This document shows, piece after piece, positions 28,513-37,874 of a stretch of 41,822 nucleotides of DNA. The first letter of the stretch is position 1. Each line of letters opens with the position of its first letter. The notes under the pieces were generated by a model. That model searched no databases and had not been told where the DNA came from. It worked only from the letters and a program-made list of their open reading frames with translations. Both the position numbers and the translations under genes were made by a program. Source of the DNA: a virus; the UHGV virus genome UHGV-0104471. One strand, given 5' to 3'.

Positions 28513-28651
28513 GACCTTTCTCCTTCTGCATCAGCTTCACTTTTTCCAACTCAGCCCGGAATCGACCAGGCTGCTTGAAGCTGGACAGGAAGCGATCACG
28601 TAGTATGTGTTTGTGAATTTTGTCCTGGTAAGGACTGAGTTGTTTTGTCAT
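28505..28651 (-). CDS. small hypothetical protein, 48 aa, between cII and O (below ORF-track size cutoff)
   Basis: Hand translation [48 protein letters not shown]; SD GGAG 6 nt upstream; 3' end overlaps the O-like start. Confidence 0.35.
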   Translation of the reverse strand: MTKQLSPYQDKIHKHILRDRFLSSFKQPGRFRAELEKVKLMQKEKGHE

Positions 28652-28685
28652 AATGACTCCTGTGGATTGATCCAGTCTTTCTACA

Positions 28686-28964
28686 TCAGGCCTCGAAGAA
28701 TTCGCCGTTCTTCGGGGCTTTTTCTTTTGTCAGCATTCTGGCTACTTGCTTAGCCAGTTCCGCCAACTCCTCGTCTTCAACACCCCATTCCAGCACAGCC
28801 AGAAGCATGGCCATCTTTGGGATAAAGCTGTCTTTCCATCGCGAAATTTGCGATTCATTAATCCCTAACGCGTCGGCAACCTTTCGCTGACCACGTACAG
28901 CAATTCGATTCAGGATGTTGCTTGTAATTGCATTCGCTTTCTTGCGAGTACTTGTAAGTTGCAT
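28686..28964 (-). CDS. cII: CII-like transcriptional activator, 92 aa
   Basis: Motif [29 protein letters not shown] corresponds to lambda CII ([29 protein letters not shown], recalled); RBS region TAAGGAAATACTTACATATG as in lambda; track start extended upstream is rejected. Confidence 0.7.
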   Translation of the reverse strand: MQLTSTRKKANAITSNILNRIAVRGQRKVADALGINESQISRWKDSFIPKMAMLLAVLEWGVEDEELAELAKQVARMLTKEKAPKNGEFFEA

Positions 28965-29043
28965 ATGTAAGTATTTCCTTAGATAACAATTGATTGAATG
29001 TATGCAAATAAATGCATACACCATAGGTGTGGTTTAATTTGAT

Positions 29044-29075
29044 GCCCTTTTTCAGGGCTGGAATGTGTAAGAGCG
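29044..29075 (-). promoter_or_regulatory. nutR (boxA CGCTCTTAC and boxB GCCCTGAAAAAGGGC on the - strand)
   Basis: Plus strand shows gccctttttcagggc (29044-29058) and gtaagagcg (29067-29075) between cro and cII. Confidence 0.7.
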
Positions 29076-29082
29076 TGGTTAT

Positions 29083-29292
<210 letters not shown>

Positions 29293-29309
29293 TTAGTACA
29301 TGCAACCAT

Positions 29310-30097
<788 letters not shown>

Positions 30098-30247
30098 TGG
30101 GCAAGGTGTTCTGGTCGGCGCATAGCTGGTGAAAAAATTATTTAATGCGGTGTATTGGCTGATTGTAACCCCATGTAACATCTTGCCGTCACCATTTCGG
30201 TGGTTAGATTTTTAATAAAAAAAAACAAATGTATAGCAAGGTTTTTT

Positions 30248-30727
30248 ATGGATAAAATTAATTACCCACCCCTGTTTGAGCCAGGGTTCCATGACATGGA
30301 TGAAGCTGGATTAAAATCGTATTGTGTCGATTGCTTTCCTTCATCATCCAGGCGAGGCATGCTATACTGTAATTTTATACAGCTACTCGAATCTATTCGA
30401 GAATTATCTGCTCAATATGGCTGTTTTACAGAAATATGGGTTGATGGTTCATACACCACGTCTAAACCAGAGCCTGATGATATTGATATTTTGTTGGTAT
30501 GTGACTATAGCAATATAAACTCAATACCTGTCATGCTTCGGGGCCGCGTCGATAATTTGCTTGACCGAAACTACATCAAACAAAACTACAAAATTGATGT
30601 CCTACTACTCATGAAGAATTTAGATGACCCTAACTATGATTATGAGTACTGGCGTAGTTACTGGCGCGGTTGGTTTGGTTTTGATCGCAGTGAAAACCCG
30701 AAAGGGTTAGTGAGGATTTTTTTATGA
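30248..30727 (+). CDS. predicted minimal nucleotidyltransferase-fold protein, 159 aa, in the rexA position
   Basis: Motif WVDGSYTTSKPEPDDIDILLV fits the GS-x(9-13)-DhDh signature of Pol-beta-superfamily NTases; ATG at 30248 preferred over track GTG at 30200; no similarity to recalled RexA. Confidence 0.5.
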   Translation: MDKINYPPLFEPGFHDMDEAGLKSYCVDCFPSSSRRGMLYCNFIQLLESIRELSAQYGCFTEIWVDGSYTTSKPEPDDIDILLVCDYSNINSIPVMLRGRVDNLLDRNYIKQNYKIDVLLLMKNLDDPNYDYEYWRSYWRGWFGFDRSENPKGLVRIFL

Positions 30728-31656
30728 ATGATAAATCAATGTTTAAAAATTGCGATAAACGCATTGATTTCATTCAAAAAGAAGTCGATGCAATGAAGCA
30801 AAACAAAACCAGGTCCTTTGCTGACATGCTTCTTTATCGCTCCATGGATTCTCATCTGAGCGATTTGAAGGCCGAAAAATTAAAGCAAGATAGTCGGCAC
30901 CCACTTATCGATTTTTTTGAGCTGCGGCTGAAAGGCTCTGAGGTTGACTTTGGCTCTATTCCTTTAGAGCTGCTTGGGGCTATTTCAACAAATCTTGCAG
31001 CGCTAATACAAAGAGCAACACACAAAATTGCCTCAGGCAAGGACTCAAAAAAAGTTCCCTACGACGTGAAAAGCTCCTTAAACCTCAGGCTGGCTGATTT
31101 ATCCCCTGGGTCTACAAAATTGGGCGTCACCTTCTCTACAGGAATAGCAGAATTAGTAGAAACAGTACCCAGCAAGGCTGTAAAAGGCATATTCGATTTG
31201 TTGTTAAGCGATGACGACAACAACTTCATGAATCACGTCGCTGAAATTGGATACAATTCCACTGTAAGCCTTAAGAGAATCGTAGAGGAATGCGATAAAC
31301 ACAACTTAACATTTGATGCAAGTTGGACCGGTCCATTTAGTAATGGCACCAAGGTGGCAACTATTGACTCCAATAAAATTAAGTACTTGGTGAGTAGACT
31401 TACATCAACCATTTCATCCCCTCCCATTACTGAAACGGTTACAGGCGAACTGGTCGTTCTATCCAAATATGGGAAGCTGGAGCTTGATGTTGGTGGTGAA
31501 CATTTAAAGGCTTCCTATCCGATTGAAATGCTAGATTTAATACAAAAAAAACACAAGGTCGGACAGATTGTTTCTCTTTTAGTGGAGACTACTGAGATTC
31601 ACAATGATCGCATAGGTCTGTACCGTAAAAACCATCTTGTTAAATCGGTTCTTTAA
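30724..31656 (+). CDS. hypothetical protein, 310 aa, partner of the NTase-like gene, in the rexB position
   Basis: ATGA overlap with the upstream gene; SD GAGGA; no motif recognised apart from a weak R-x4-H (RSMDSH); not hydrophobic, unlike RexB. Confidence 0.5.
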   Translation: MNDKSMFKNCDKRIDFIQKEVDAMKQNKTRSFADMLLYRSMDSHLSDLKAEKLKQDSRHPLIDFFELRLKGSEVDFGSIPLELLGAISTNLAALIQRATHKIASGKDSKKVPYDVKSSLNLRLADLSPGSTKLGVTFSTGIAELVETVPSKAVKGIFDLLLSDDDNNFMNHVAEIGYNSTVSLKRIVEECDKHNLTFDASWTGPFSNGTKVATIDSNKIKYLVSRLTSTISSPPITETVTGELVVLSKYGKLELDVGGEHLKASYPIEMLDLIQKKHKVGQIVSLLVETTEIHNDRIGLYRKNHLVKSVL

Positions 31657-31664
31657 TATCTCAC

Positions 31665-31690
31665 CCGGCCACCGCGCCGGGTTTTCTTTG
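31665..31690 (+). terminator. Rho-independent terminator (lambda t_imm-like) after the cassette
   Basis: CCCGGC-caccgc-GCCGGG followed by TTTTCTTT, 9 nt after the stop at 31656. Confidence 0.65.
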
Positions 31691-31841
31691 CCTCACGATC
31701 TCCCCACCTAAAAAAACATAACTCATTGTATTTATTGAAAAATAAATAGATACAACTCACTAAACATAGCAATTCAGATCTCTCACCTACCAAACAATGC
31801 CCCCCTGCAAAAAATAAATTCATATAAAAAACATACAGATA

Positions 31842-31910
31842 ACCATCTGCGGTGATAAATTATCTCTGGCGGTGTTGACATAAATACCACTGGCGGTGAT
31901 ACTGAGCACA
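31842..31910 (+). promoter_or_regulatory. OL3-OL2-OL1 operators and PL promoter (lambda-type)
   Basis: Matches recalled lambda pL: ...atctgcggtgataaattatctctggcggtgTTGACAtaaataccactggcggtGATACTgagcacatcag; -35 at 31875-31880, -10 at 31898-31903. Confidence 0.85.
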
Positions 31911-31941
31911 TCAGCAGGACGCACTGACCACCATGAAGGTG

Positions 31942-31972
31942 ACGCTCTTAAAAATTAAGCCCTGAAGAAGGG
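31942..31972 (+). promoter_or_regulatory. nutL (boxA CGCTCTTAA, boxB GCCCTGAAGAAGGGC)
   Basis: boxA at 31942-31950 and boxB hairpin at 31958-31972, matching recalled lambda nutL. Confidence 0.8.
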
Positions 31973-32145
31973 CAGCATTCAAAGCAGAAGGCTTTGGGGT
32001 GTGGTGAAGGGTTCATGGATGGGAATATGTCGCACGTAAAGCGGCGAGGCCTGCGGAACTATTGCCGAATTGAAGTCGGCCGAAGCAGGTCGAAATGGGT
32101 CTCCCACCTACCACACCACCAAAGCTAACTGACAGGAGAATCAAG

Positions 32146-32472
32146 ATGGATGCACAAACACGCCGCCGCGAACGTCGCGCAGAGAAACAGGCTCAATGGA
32201 AAGCAGCAAATCCCCTGTTGGTTGGGGTAAGCGCAAAACCAGTTAACCGCCCTATTCTCTCGCTGAATCGCAAACCGAAATCACGAGTAGAAAGCGCACT
32301 GAATCCGATAGACCTTACGGTGCTGGCTGAATACCACGAACAGATTGAAAGCAACCTGCAACGTATTGAGCGCAAGAATCAGCGCACATGGTACAGCAAG
32401 CCACGCAGTGAAATGGGTGTGACTTGTGTTGGTCGCCAGAAAATGAAATTAGGCAGCAAACCACTTATTTGA
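32146..32472 (+). CDS. N: antitermination protein N (lambda-type)
   Basis: MDAQTRRRERRAEKQAQWKAANPLLVGVSAKPVNRPILSLNRKPKSRVESALNPIDLTVLAEY... matches recalled lambda N; RBS ACAGGAGAATC; track ORF N-terminal extension is rejected. Confidence 0.9.
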   Translation: MDAQTRRRERRAEKQAQWKAANPLLVGVSAKPVNRPILSLNRKPKSRVESALNPIDLTVLAEYHEQIESNLQRIERKNQRTWYSKPRSEMGVTCVGRQKMKLGSKPLI

Positions 32473-32480
32473 GGTGAGAT

Positions 32481-32951
32481 ATGACAAAATCATGGAGTGT
32501 ACCTTTTCCTGAATCAGAAACTGAACATGATGGAATGCCTGTTTTCTGGAGATTCCAGGCGACAGTTGAAGAAGATGGAATCAAAATATTCGCACTTCAA
32601 TATATAGCTTTTCATCAGACAGAGCATTATGCATGGTTGGTTCCTGCGCATTGGATTGTTAATTTTAAACCAGCACCAAATCAGTGGTTACAGGAATGGA
32701 AACAAAAGAGAAATAGATATGCAATTAAGAAAGTAGCAAAAAATGCAGAAAGATCTTTTGCATTCCCAACGAAGAAACTTGCCATTGAAAGTTTATTGCG
32801 CCGGAAGAAATACCATTTAATGAGAATCAAACAAGATTTGGCTGTTGCATCAACTCTTGTTGATGGGATGAAGAATATTGATACATCAACACCAGATATT
32901 GAATATAACTTTGGACACAACCAAGAAACAGAAAATTGGGTATTTTATTAG
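32481..32951 (+). CDS. hypothetical protein, 156 aa, first gene after N in the PL operon
   Basis: Track ORF with strong SD GAGGTGAG; no recognisable motif; no predicted TM segment. Confidence 0.5.
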   Translation: MTKSWSVPFPESETEHDGMPVFWRFQATVEEDGIKIFALQYIAFHQTEHYAWLVPAHWIVNFKPAPNQWLQEWKQKRNRYAIKKVAKNAERSFAFPTKKLAIESLLRRKKYHLMRIKQDLAVASTLVDGMKNIDTSTPDIEYNFGHNQETENWVFY

Positions 32952-33094
32952 TACAAATAAGCACTGTGTATTCATTCCAACGAGTGAATACACGGAGCAA
33001 TGTCGCTCGTAACTAAACAGGAGCCGACTTGTTCTGATTATTGGAAATCTTCTTTGCCCTCCAGTGTGAGGGCAATTTTTTTAACGGGGGAAAT

Positions 33095-34063
33095 ATGAGT
33101 GAAGTAACAGATTTAGTTGTTATTGAAAAAGCAAATGCAATGACTGTATTTCAGTCTGCCGATCAGATTGAAGAAATCCTTCAAAAGGTTGAACGTGAAG
33201 TTATGTCCTTTGTGCCTGATATCACAACGGCAAAGGGAAGAAAGGAGATCGCTTCTCTGGCGTATAAAGTTGCGCAGACGAAAACATATCTCGATGGTCT
33301 TGGCAAAGACCTTGTTGCTGAACTGAAGGAAATTCCAAAGCTAATTGATGCTAACCGCAAGACAGTGCGTGATCGCCTTGATGAGCTGAAAGCCAAGGCA
33401 CGCCAGCCTCTTACTGATTATGAGGAAGAACAGGCGCGGATTAAAGCCGAAGAAGAAGCTAAGGCAGCAGCTGAAGCTCTCGCAAAGCAAATTGAGTCTG
33501 ACCATGAAATAGCGATTTTGATGGATCGCGAATTTGACCGCCAAAGAGAAGAGGCAAGACTCAAAGCGGAGCAGGAAAAGCGAGAGCATGAAGAACGCTT
33601 AAAAAGAGAAGCTGAAGAGAAAGCCAGAGCTGAAGCCGAAGCAAAGGCAAAAGCCGAAATTGAAGCAGCAGCAAGGCGAGAAGCAGAAGCTAAGGCCGCA
33701 GCGGAACGTGCAGAGCGTGAACGCATTGAAGCCGAGCAACGAGCACAGCGCGAAGCAAAAGAGGCAGCAGAACGAGCTGAAAGAGAAAAGCAGGCAGCAA
33801 TTGAAGCAGAACGCCGAAAAGCACAGGAGGAGGCAGAACGAATCCGGCGCGAGGCTGAAGCAAAAGAGCAAGCCAGAATAGCAGAAGAAAAAAGAATCAA
33901 GGACGAAGAAGAGCGTAGAGCAAAGGATAAAGCTCACCGGAGAGAAGTAAATAACAAAATACTTGCTGACCTTATCAAGGTTGGCGCATCAGAAGATGTT
34001 GCTAAAAATATCATAATAGCCATCGCAAAAGGCGAAGTATTCGCAACAAAAATAACCTACTAA
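33095..34063 (+). CDS. hypothetical protein with a long E/A/R/K-rich coiled-coil or single-alpha-helix region, 322 aa
   Basis: Track ORF started at internal ATG 33095 with SD GGGGGA; central roughly 180 aa is low-complexity AEAKAKAEIEAAARREAEAK... Confidence 0.5.
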   Translation: MSEVTDLVVIEKANAMTVFQSADQIEEILQKVEREVMSFVPDITTAKGRKEIASLAYKVAQTKTYLDGLGKDLVAELKEIPKLIDANRKTVRDRLDELKAKARQPLTDYEEEQARIKAEEEAKAAAEALAKQIESDHEIAILMDREFDRQREEARLKAEQEKREHEERLKREAEEKARAEAEAKAKAEIEAAARREAEAKAAAERAERERIEAEQRAQREAKEAAERAEREKQAAIEAERRKAQEEAERIRREAEAKEQARIAEEKRIKDEEERRAKDKAHRREVNNKILADLIKVGASEDVAKNIIIAIAKGEVFATKITY

Positions 34064-34087
34064 TAAAACCAACATAAGGAACCACCC

Positions 34088-34258
34088 ATGATTTACGCAA
34101 TCGCGGGAGGCGCTCGCATGGGTGCCTTCCAACTAAATGAATCTTTACTTGAACGAATCACCCGTAAATTACGTGACGGATGGAAACGCCTTATCGACAT
34201 ACTTAATCAGCCAGGAGTCCCAAAAAATGGATCAAGCACTTATGGCTATCCAGACTAA
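34088..34258 (+). CDS. cIII: CIII (lambda-type), 56 aa, below ORF-track size cutoff
   Basis: Hand translation MIYAIAGGARMGAFQLNESLLERITRKLRDGWKRLIDILNQPGVPKNGSSTYGYPD matches recalled lambda CIII. Confidence 0.7.
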   Translation: MIYAIAGGARMGAFQLNESLLERITRKLRDGWKRLIDILNQPGVPKNGSSTYGYPD

Positions 34259-34340
34259 ATTCACTATCGCCACTTTTATTGGCGATGAAAAGATGTTTCG
34301 TGAGGCCGTAGAAGCCTACAGAAAATGGAGGTCAAAATGA
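34227..34340 (+). CDS. kil: Kil-like protein (lambda-type), start inside cIII in another frame
   Basis: MDQALMAIQTKFTIATFIGDEKMFREAVEAYRKW matches the recalled lambda Kil N-terminus; SD AGGAG; track ORF upstream extension is rejected. Confidence 0.6.
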   Translation: MDQALMAIQTKFTIATFIGDEKMFREAVEAYRKWRSK

Positions 34341-34525
34341 TTCCGGTAGAACTGGCGAAAACTCCAGAGTTAAGTCGATTAAAAAGAGAATATCACATTG
34401 CTGAGGCTCGTTACTGGCGTAAAGCGGGAGATAAATCAAAGAAACAACTTTGTTTATGGCAGGCGCAAAGAGAGCGCATGAATGAGCGCGAATTTCTTTC
34501 CTCCCCATCCGAATTACCATTCTGA
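34325..34525 (+). CDS. hypothetical protein, 66 aa
   Basis: Track ORF between kil and the Sak4-like gene; start uncertain. Confidence 0.35.
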   Translation: MEVKMIPVELAKTPELSRLKREYHIAEARYWRKAGDKSKKQLCLWQAQRERMNEREFLSSPSELPF

Positions 34526-34533
34526 GGTGAATT

Positions 34534-35214
34534 ATGGGAACTGCGACATTAATACTCGGTGAATCTGGCACCGGAAAATCAACCAGCATGAGAAATATCA
34601 ATCCAGAGGAAGCAATACTTATAAAACCAATAGGCAAGCCGCTTCCATTTAAATCAAAAGACTGGCTGGCATGGGATGCCAGAGCAAAAAAAGGAACCGT
34701 AGTTACCACTGACAAATGGGACGTAATAGTTGCCGTAATTAAGCGTGCTCACGAATACGGGAAAAGAATCGTTATTGTTGATGACTTCCAGTATGTGATG
34801 AGCAATGAGTTTATGCGCCGCTCAGAAGAAAAGTCGTTTGATAAATTCACTGAGATAGGCCGTCACGCATGGGAGGTCATTAAGGCTGCACAGGATGCGC
34901 CTGATGACCTGAGAGTCTATTTTCTTGCGCACACCGAAGAAACTCCTATGGGGCGTGTGAAAATGAAGACTATCGGCAAAATGCTGGACGAGAAAATCAC
35001 TGTCGAAGGCATGTTTACTATAGTTCTTCGCACCCTTACCCGTGATGACCAGTTCTTTTTCACCACAAAAAACAACGGTGCAGACACTGTTAAATCCCCA
35101 ATGGGAATGTTTGACTCCAATGAGATTGATAACGATCTCTCTTTCGTCGATACCACTATTTGTGATTACTACGGCATCAATAATGATCATCAAATTAAGG
35201 AAAACGCCGCATGA
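34534..35214 (+). CDS. Sak4-like / AAA_24 family ATPase (RecA-fold recombination protein)
   Basis: Walker A GESGTGKST near the N-terminus, Walker B IVIVDDF; about 226 aa; followed by an SSB-like gene. Confidence 0.65.
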   Translation: MGTATLILGESGTGKSTSMRNINPEEAILIKPIGKPLPFKSKDWLAWDARAKKGTVVTTDKWDVIVAVIKRAHEYGKRIVIVDDFQYVMSNEFMRRSEEKSFDKFTEIGRHAWEVIKAAQDAPDDLRVYFLAHTEETPMGRVKMKTIGKMLDEKITVEGMFTIVLRTLTRDDQFFFTTKNNGADTVKSPMGMFDSNEIDNDLSFVDTTICDYYGINNDHQIKENAA

Positions 35215-35798
35215 GCAACGTGATTTTTACTTATAACGAAGAAGCAGCACTGACCGCAGGGCAAGGTGGTTTTATTAACGAAACTGGCGCTCATATCATT
35301 ACCATTACTGAAGCAGAACTAAAGCAATCAGAAAAAGGAGCCAAATTTATTGAGTTTTCTGGCGAATCCGACGACGGACGTAAAATCCAATATCTTAGCG
35401 TCTGTGTTCAGAAAAATGACGGAACGGAAAACAAATTTGGCGCAAATGTCGTTCACGCCATGATGGGGTGTGCCGGGATTGGACAATTAACGCAGCATAT
35501 GGTTTCCGCCAGTAAATTTGTTGCTCCTGAGTTTCACGGAAAGAAAATCGGGTTAGTGCTACAGAAAGTATTAACCACAAACAAAAAGACTGGTGCAGAC
35601 AGTTACCAGATGGAAATACGCATCCCGTTTATTGCACAAACAGGTCAAACACTTAAAGAAAAGGCGGAAGGCAAGCAACCAGAAACTATCGCCAACATGG
35701 TTGCCAGCCTCAAAGATAAAGACAATCGCTCTAAAAACGTAAGCCAGAATCATGCAGATGATTATGGTTACAGCCAGAACGATTACCCTCCTTTCTGA
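35211..35798 (+). CDS. SSB-like protein with acidic aromatic C-terminal tail (...DDYGYSQNDYPPF)
   Basis: ATGA coupling with the Sak4-like gene; C-terminal acidic tail ending in PF as in SSB proteins; OB fold not verified. Confidence 0.5.
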   Translation: MSNVIFTYNEEAALTAGQGGFINETGAHIITITEAELKQSEKGAKFIEFSGESDDGRKIQYLSVCVQKNDGTENKFGANVVHAMMGCAGIGQLTQHMVSASKFVAPEFHGKKIGLVLQKVLTTNKKTGADSYQMEIRIPFIAQTGQTLKEKAEGKQPETIANMVASLKDKDNRSKNVSQNHADDYGYSQNDYPPF

Positions 35799-35821
35799 TT
35801 ACTGAAAATAAGGCTCCCATT

Positions 35822-36118
35822 ATGCCAGCGCCTCTGTATGGTGCGGATGACGCTCGCCGCTGTTCCGGCAATTCCATATCGGAGGTGCTGGAAAATATCA
35901 AGAATAATCTCGACGCGTTTCTTGCTCTGCCACCAGAAACAAAAGAAGAACGGAAGTACCGACGCGATATACAACTCGCAGAAAAACAGGAAAAAGACAG
36001 AATAAACGAAACATCAATCCGACCATTCCGCAAATTCACATATACCCACTTCCCTGAATATATCGACCCGCGCCTGCGTAATTACCGCTCACGCTATGGC
36101 GCTATCAGTAATGACTGA
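35822..36118 (+). CDS. hypothetical protein, 98 aa
   Basis: Track ORF. Confidence 0.4.
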   Translation: MPAPLYGADDARRCSGNSISEVLENIKNNLDAFLALPPETKEERKYRRDIQLAEKQEKDRINETSIRPFRKFTYTHFPEYIDPRLRNYRSRYGAISND

Positions 36119-36296
36119 GGAATTTACCATGAGAGGACTTGCATACAATCCCGGCATTCTTCCGGCAGAAATGATTATTCACCAACGCGTAAAGCCAATG
36201 CCATCGAGAGAAGAATTGCTTAAGAGAAATAGTTTCGGTTCTGTTAATGACAACAAATATCTGAATGCGATGCGGCGCAAAGGAGGCAACCAGTGA
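36096..36296 (+). CDS. hypothetical protein, 66 aa
   Basis: Track ORF; ends in the repeated junction cgcaaaggaggcaaccagtgag. Confidence 0.35.
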   Translation: MALSVMTEEFTMRGLAYNPGILPAEMIIHQRVKPMPSREELLKRNSFGSVNDNKYLNAMRRKGGNQ

Positions 36297-37018
36297 GCGA
36301 AATTAACTATAAAGAACTGCGCGAGGCGGCGAAACAGGCAACGCAAGATGAATGGGTAGCATATATTTTGCCGGGTCATAACGGCATTTATCCTGCGCGC
36401 ACGTCTGAGGGTAGGCATTGCGGATACTTTATTGACTGGCCTAGCGTCTGTCAGGGGCGGGAGAGCATCAACATGAGCATCAGAACCTACGCAGTGAATT
36501 GCAATGACGCATGGCTAAACACCGAAGGTGATGACATCTCCGGCTCATACGTTAAGTACAAAGACCATCAGGAAGTGGTTGCCGCTCTTGAGGCCAAGTG
36601 CGCGGCGCTGGCGGCGGAGAATGAGCTGGCTCGTAAGGCAGTTCAGGCATTCTGCGATGTTGTTGGCGACAACACCGAGGTTATCGCTGAGGAGGTTGGG
36701 CGAGATGGCGTTCTGGTTATTTTGGGGGCCATGAAGGCAACAGGAAATATTTCAGCCACCGATGCTTTTCTGGCTGAAATTCGTGCGGAAGCACGCAACG
36801 AGGGGATTAACTATACCGCCAGCCGTCTTGCTGCTGCGTTCAATCACGGATTTATCAATAAATCTTTGCGTGAAGTTTTCGACGTTACACGCATGATTTT
36901 GTCAGCGAAAGAAGAGTTGGCTAATGAACCGCATCCGATTGATGGCCTGTCCGGTGAATATGCGGAGAAATCCCTTGAAGAATGGGCGGAACAGATTCGC
37001 AAAGGAGGCAAGCAGTGA
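36293..37018 (+). CDS. Ea22-like family protein (paralog), 241 aa, GTG start
   Basis: N-terminus [21 protein letters not shown] parallels the downstream Ea22-like N-terminus; alanine-rich coiled-coil centre. Confidence 0.5.
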   Translation: MSEINYKELREAAKQATQDEWVAYILPGHNGIYPARTSEGRHCGYFIDWPSVCQGRESINMSIRTYAVNCNDAWLNTEGDDISGSYVKYKDHQEVVAALEAKCAALAAENELARKAVQAFCDVVGDNTEVIAEEVGRDGVLVILGAMKATGNISATDAFLAEIRAEARNEGINYTASRLAAAFNHGFINKSLREVFDVTRMILSAKEELANEPHPIDGLSGEYAEKSLEEWAEQIRKGGKQ

Positions 37019-37314
37019 GTGTATATCTTATTGATAAACGTCGACGTGGGCAACAAATACCACCTGTAGGAATTCCGAATCACACATGGTTTTGCGTACT
37101 TGATATCGATGGTATGGATGCGTTGGTTGACACTCGTCATTACTGCGATACCGCAACAGCTACTCCGGCGAAAGCAAAGAAAATGGCTGCTCTGATAGAA
37201 AACTGGACTCCACCTGATGGTTGGTGCAATGGGAATGATCGAGATTGGCATGAAAAAATGAAGGGCTATATCTGCGATTTCTTACGTAAATGCAACGGAT
37301 TCAGGGTGATGTGA
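37015..37314 (+). CDS. hypothetical Cys-rich protein, 99 aa, GTG start
   Basis: Track ORF 36982-37314 restarted at GTG 37015, by analogy with the identical junction at 36293. Confidence 0.4.
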   Translation: MSVYLIDKRRRGQQIPPVGIPNHTWFCVLDIDGMDALVDTRHYCDTATATPAKAKKMAALIENWTPPDGWCNGNDRDWHEKMKGYICDFLRKCNGFRVM

Positions 37315-37315
37315 C

Positions 37316-37873
37316 ATGAACAAGATTGACTATCAGGCACTGCGTGAGGCGGCAGAGAAGGCAACGTGGGGAGACTGGGACTCATATAAACCACACCGTG
37401 GCGCACGTGGTTATGAGGTCCGACTAAGTAGTCAGGCCATTGCGCAACACGTTCTGAAAAACAACGCTGAATTTATTGCTGCCTTTAATCCAAAGATTGC
37501 TTTGGCACTACTGGATGAACGGGAAAGGAACCAGCAATACATCAAATCCCGCGACCAGGAGAACGAGGATATTGCACTAACGGTAGGGAAGTTGCGCGTT
37601 GAGCTGGAAGCAGCAAAATCAAAACTCAACGAGCAGCGTGAGTATTACGAAGGTGTTATCTCTGATGGGAGTAAGCGCATAGCAGAGTTAGAAAGTGGTT
37701 CTCAGGCACAAAAGTTAGTTGAAGCAATCATTGTTGCGATAGAAAACGAACAGGAACGTCTTTTTGATGAAGATTACCTAATGGATTCGAAAGAATGCAT
37801 TGACGTAATTCGTGAAGAAGTAAAGCGATGGGATGATTCCCGCGCCGCTGGCATTGGCATCAAAGGAGAGTGA
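37316..37873 (+). CDS. ea22: Ea22-like protein
   Basis: Central segment LLDERERNQQYIKSRDQENEDIALTVGKLRVELEAAKSKLNEQREYYEGVISDGSKRIAELES matches recalled lambda Ea22. Confidence 0.7.
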   Translation: MNKIDYQALREAAEKATWGDWDSYKPHRGARGYEVRLSSQAIAQHVLKNNAEFIAAFNPKIALALLDERERNQQYIKSRDQENEDIALTVGKLRVELEAAKSKLNEQREYYEGVISDGSKRIAELESGSQAQKLVEAIIVAIENEQERLFDEDYLMDSKECIDVIREEVKRWDDSRAAGIGIKGE

Positions 37874-37874
37874 T

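Noticed and set aside
30200-30247. GTG start at 30200 for the NTase-like gene (track start)
   Set aside because: The extension MVRFLIKKNKCIARFF is AT-run derived and has no SD; the ATG at 30248 has an upstream AGG and gives a compact protein
33341-33937. Antisense ORFs on the - strand (33341-33589, 33418-33900, 33599-33937) and a + strand alternative-frame ORF (33660-33881) inside the coiled-coil gene
   Set aside because: They are low-complexity shadow frames of the GC- and A-rich repeat (poly-Ser/Ala/Cys-type translations), with no RBS or context; the + strand E/A/R/K protein is the coherent reading
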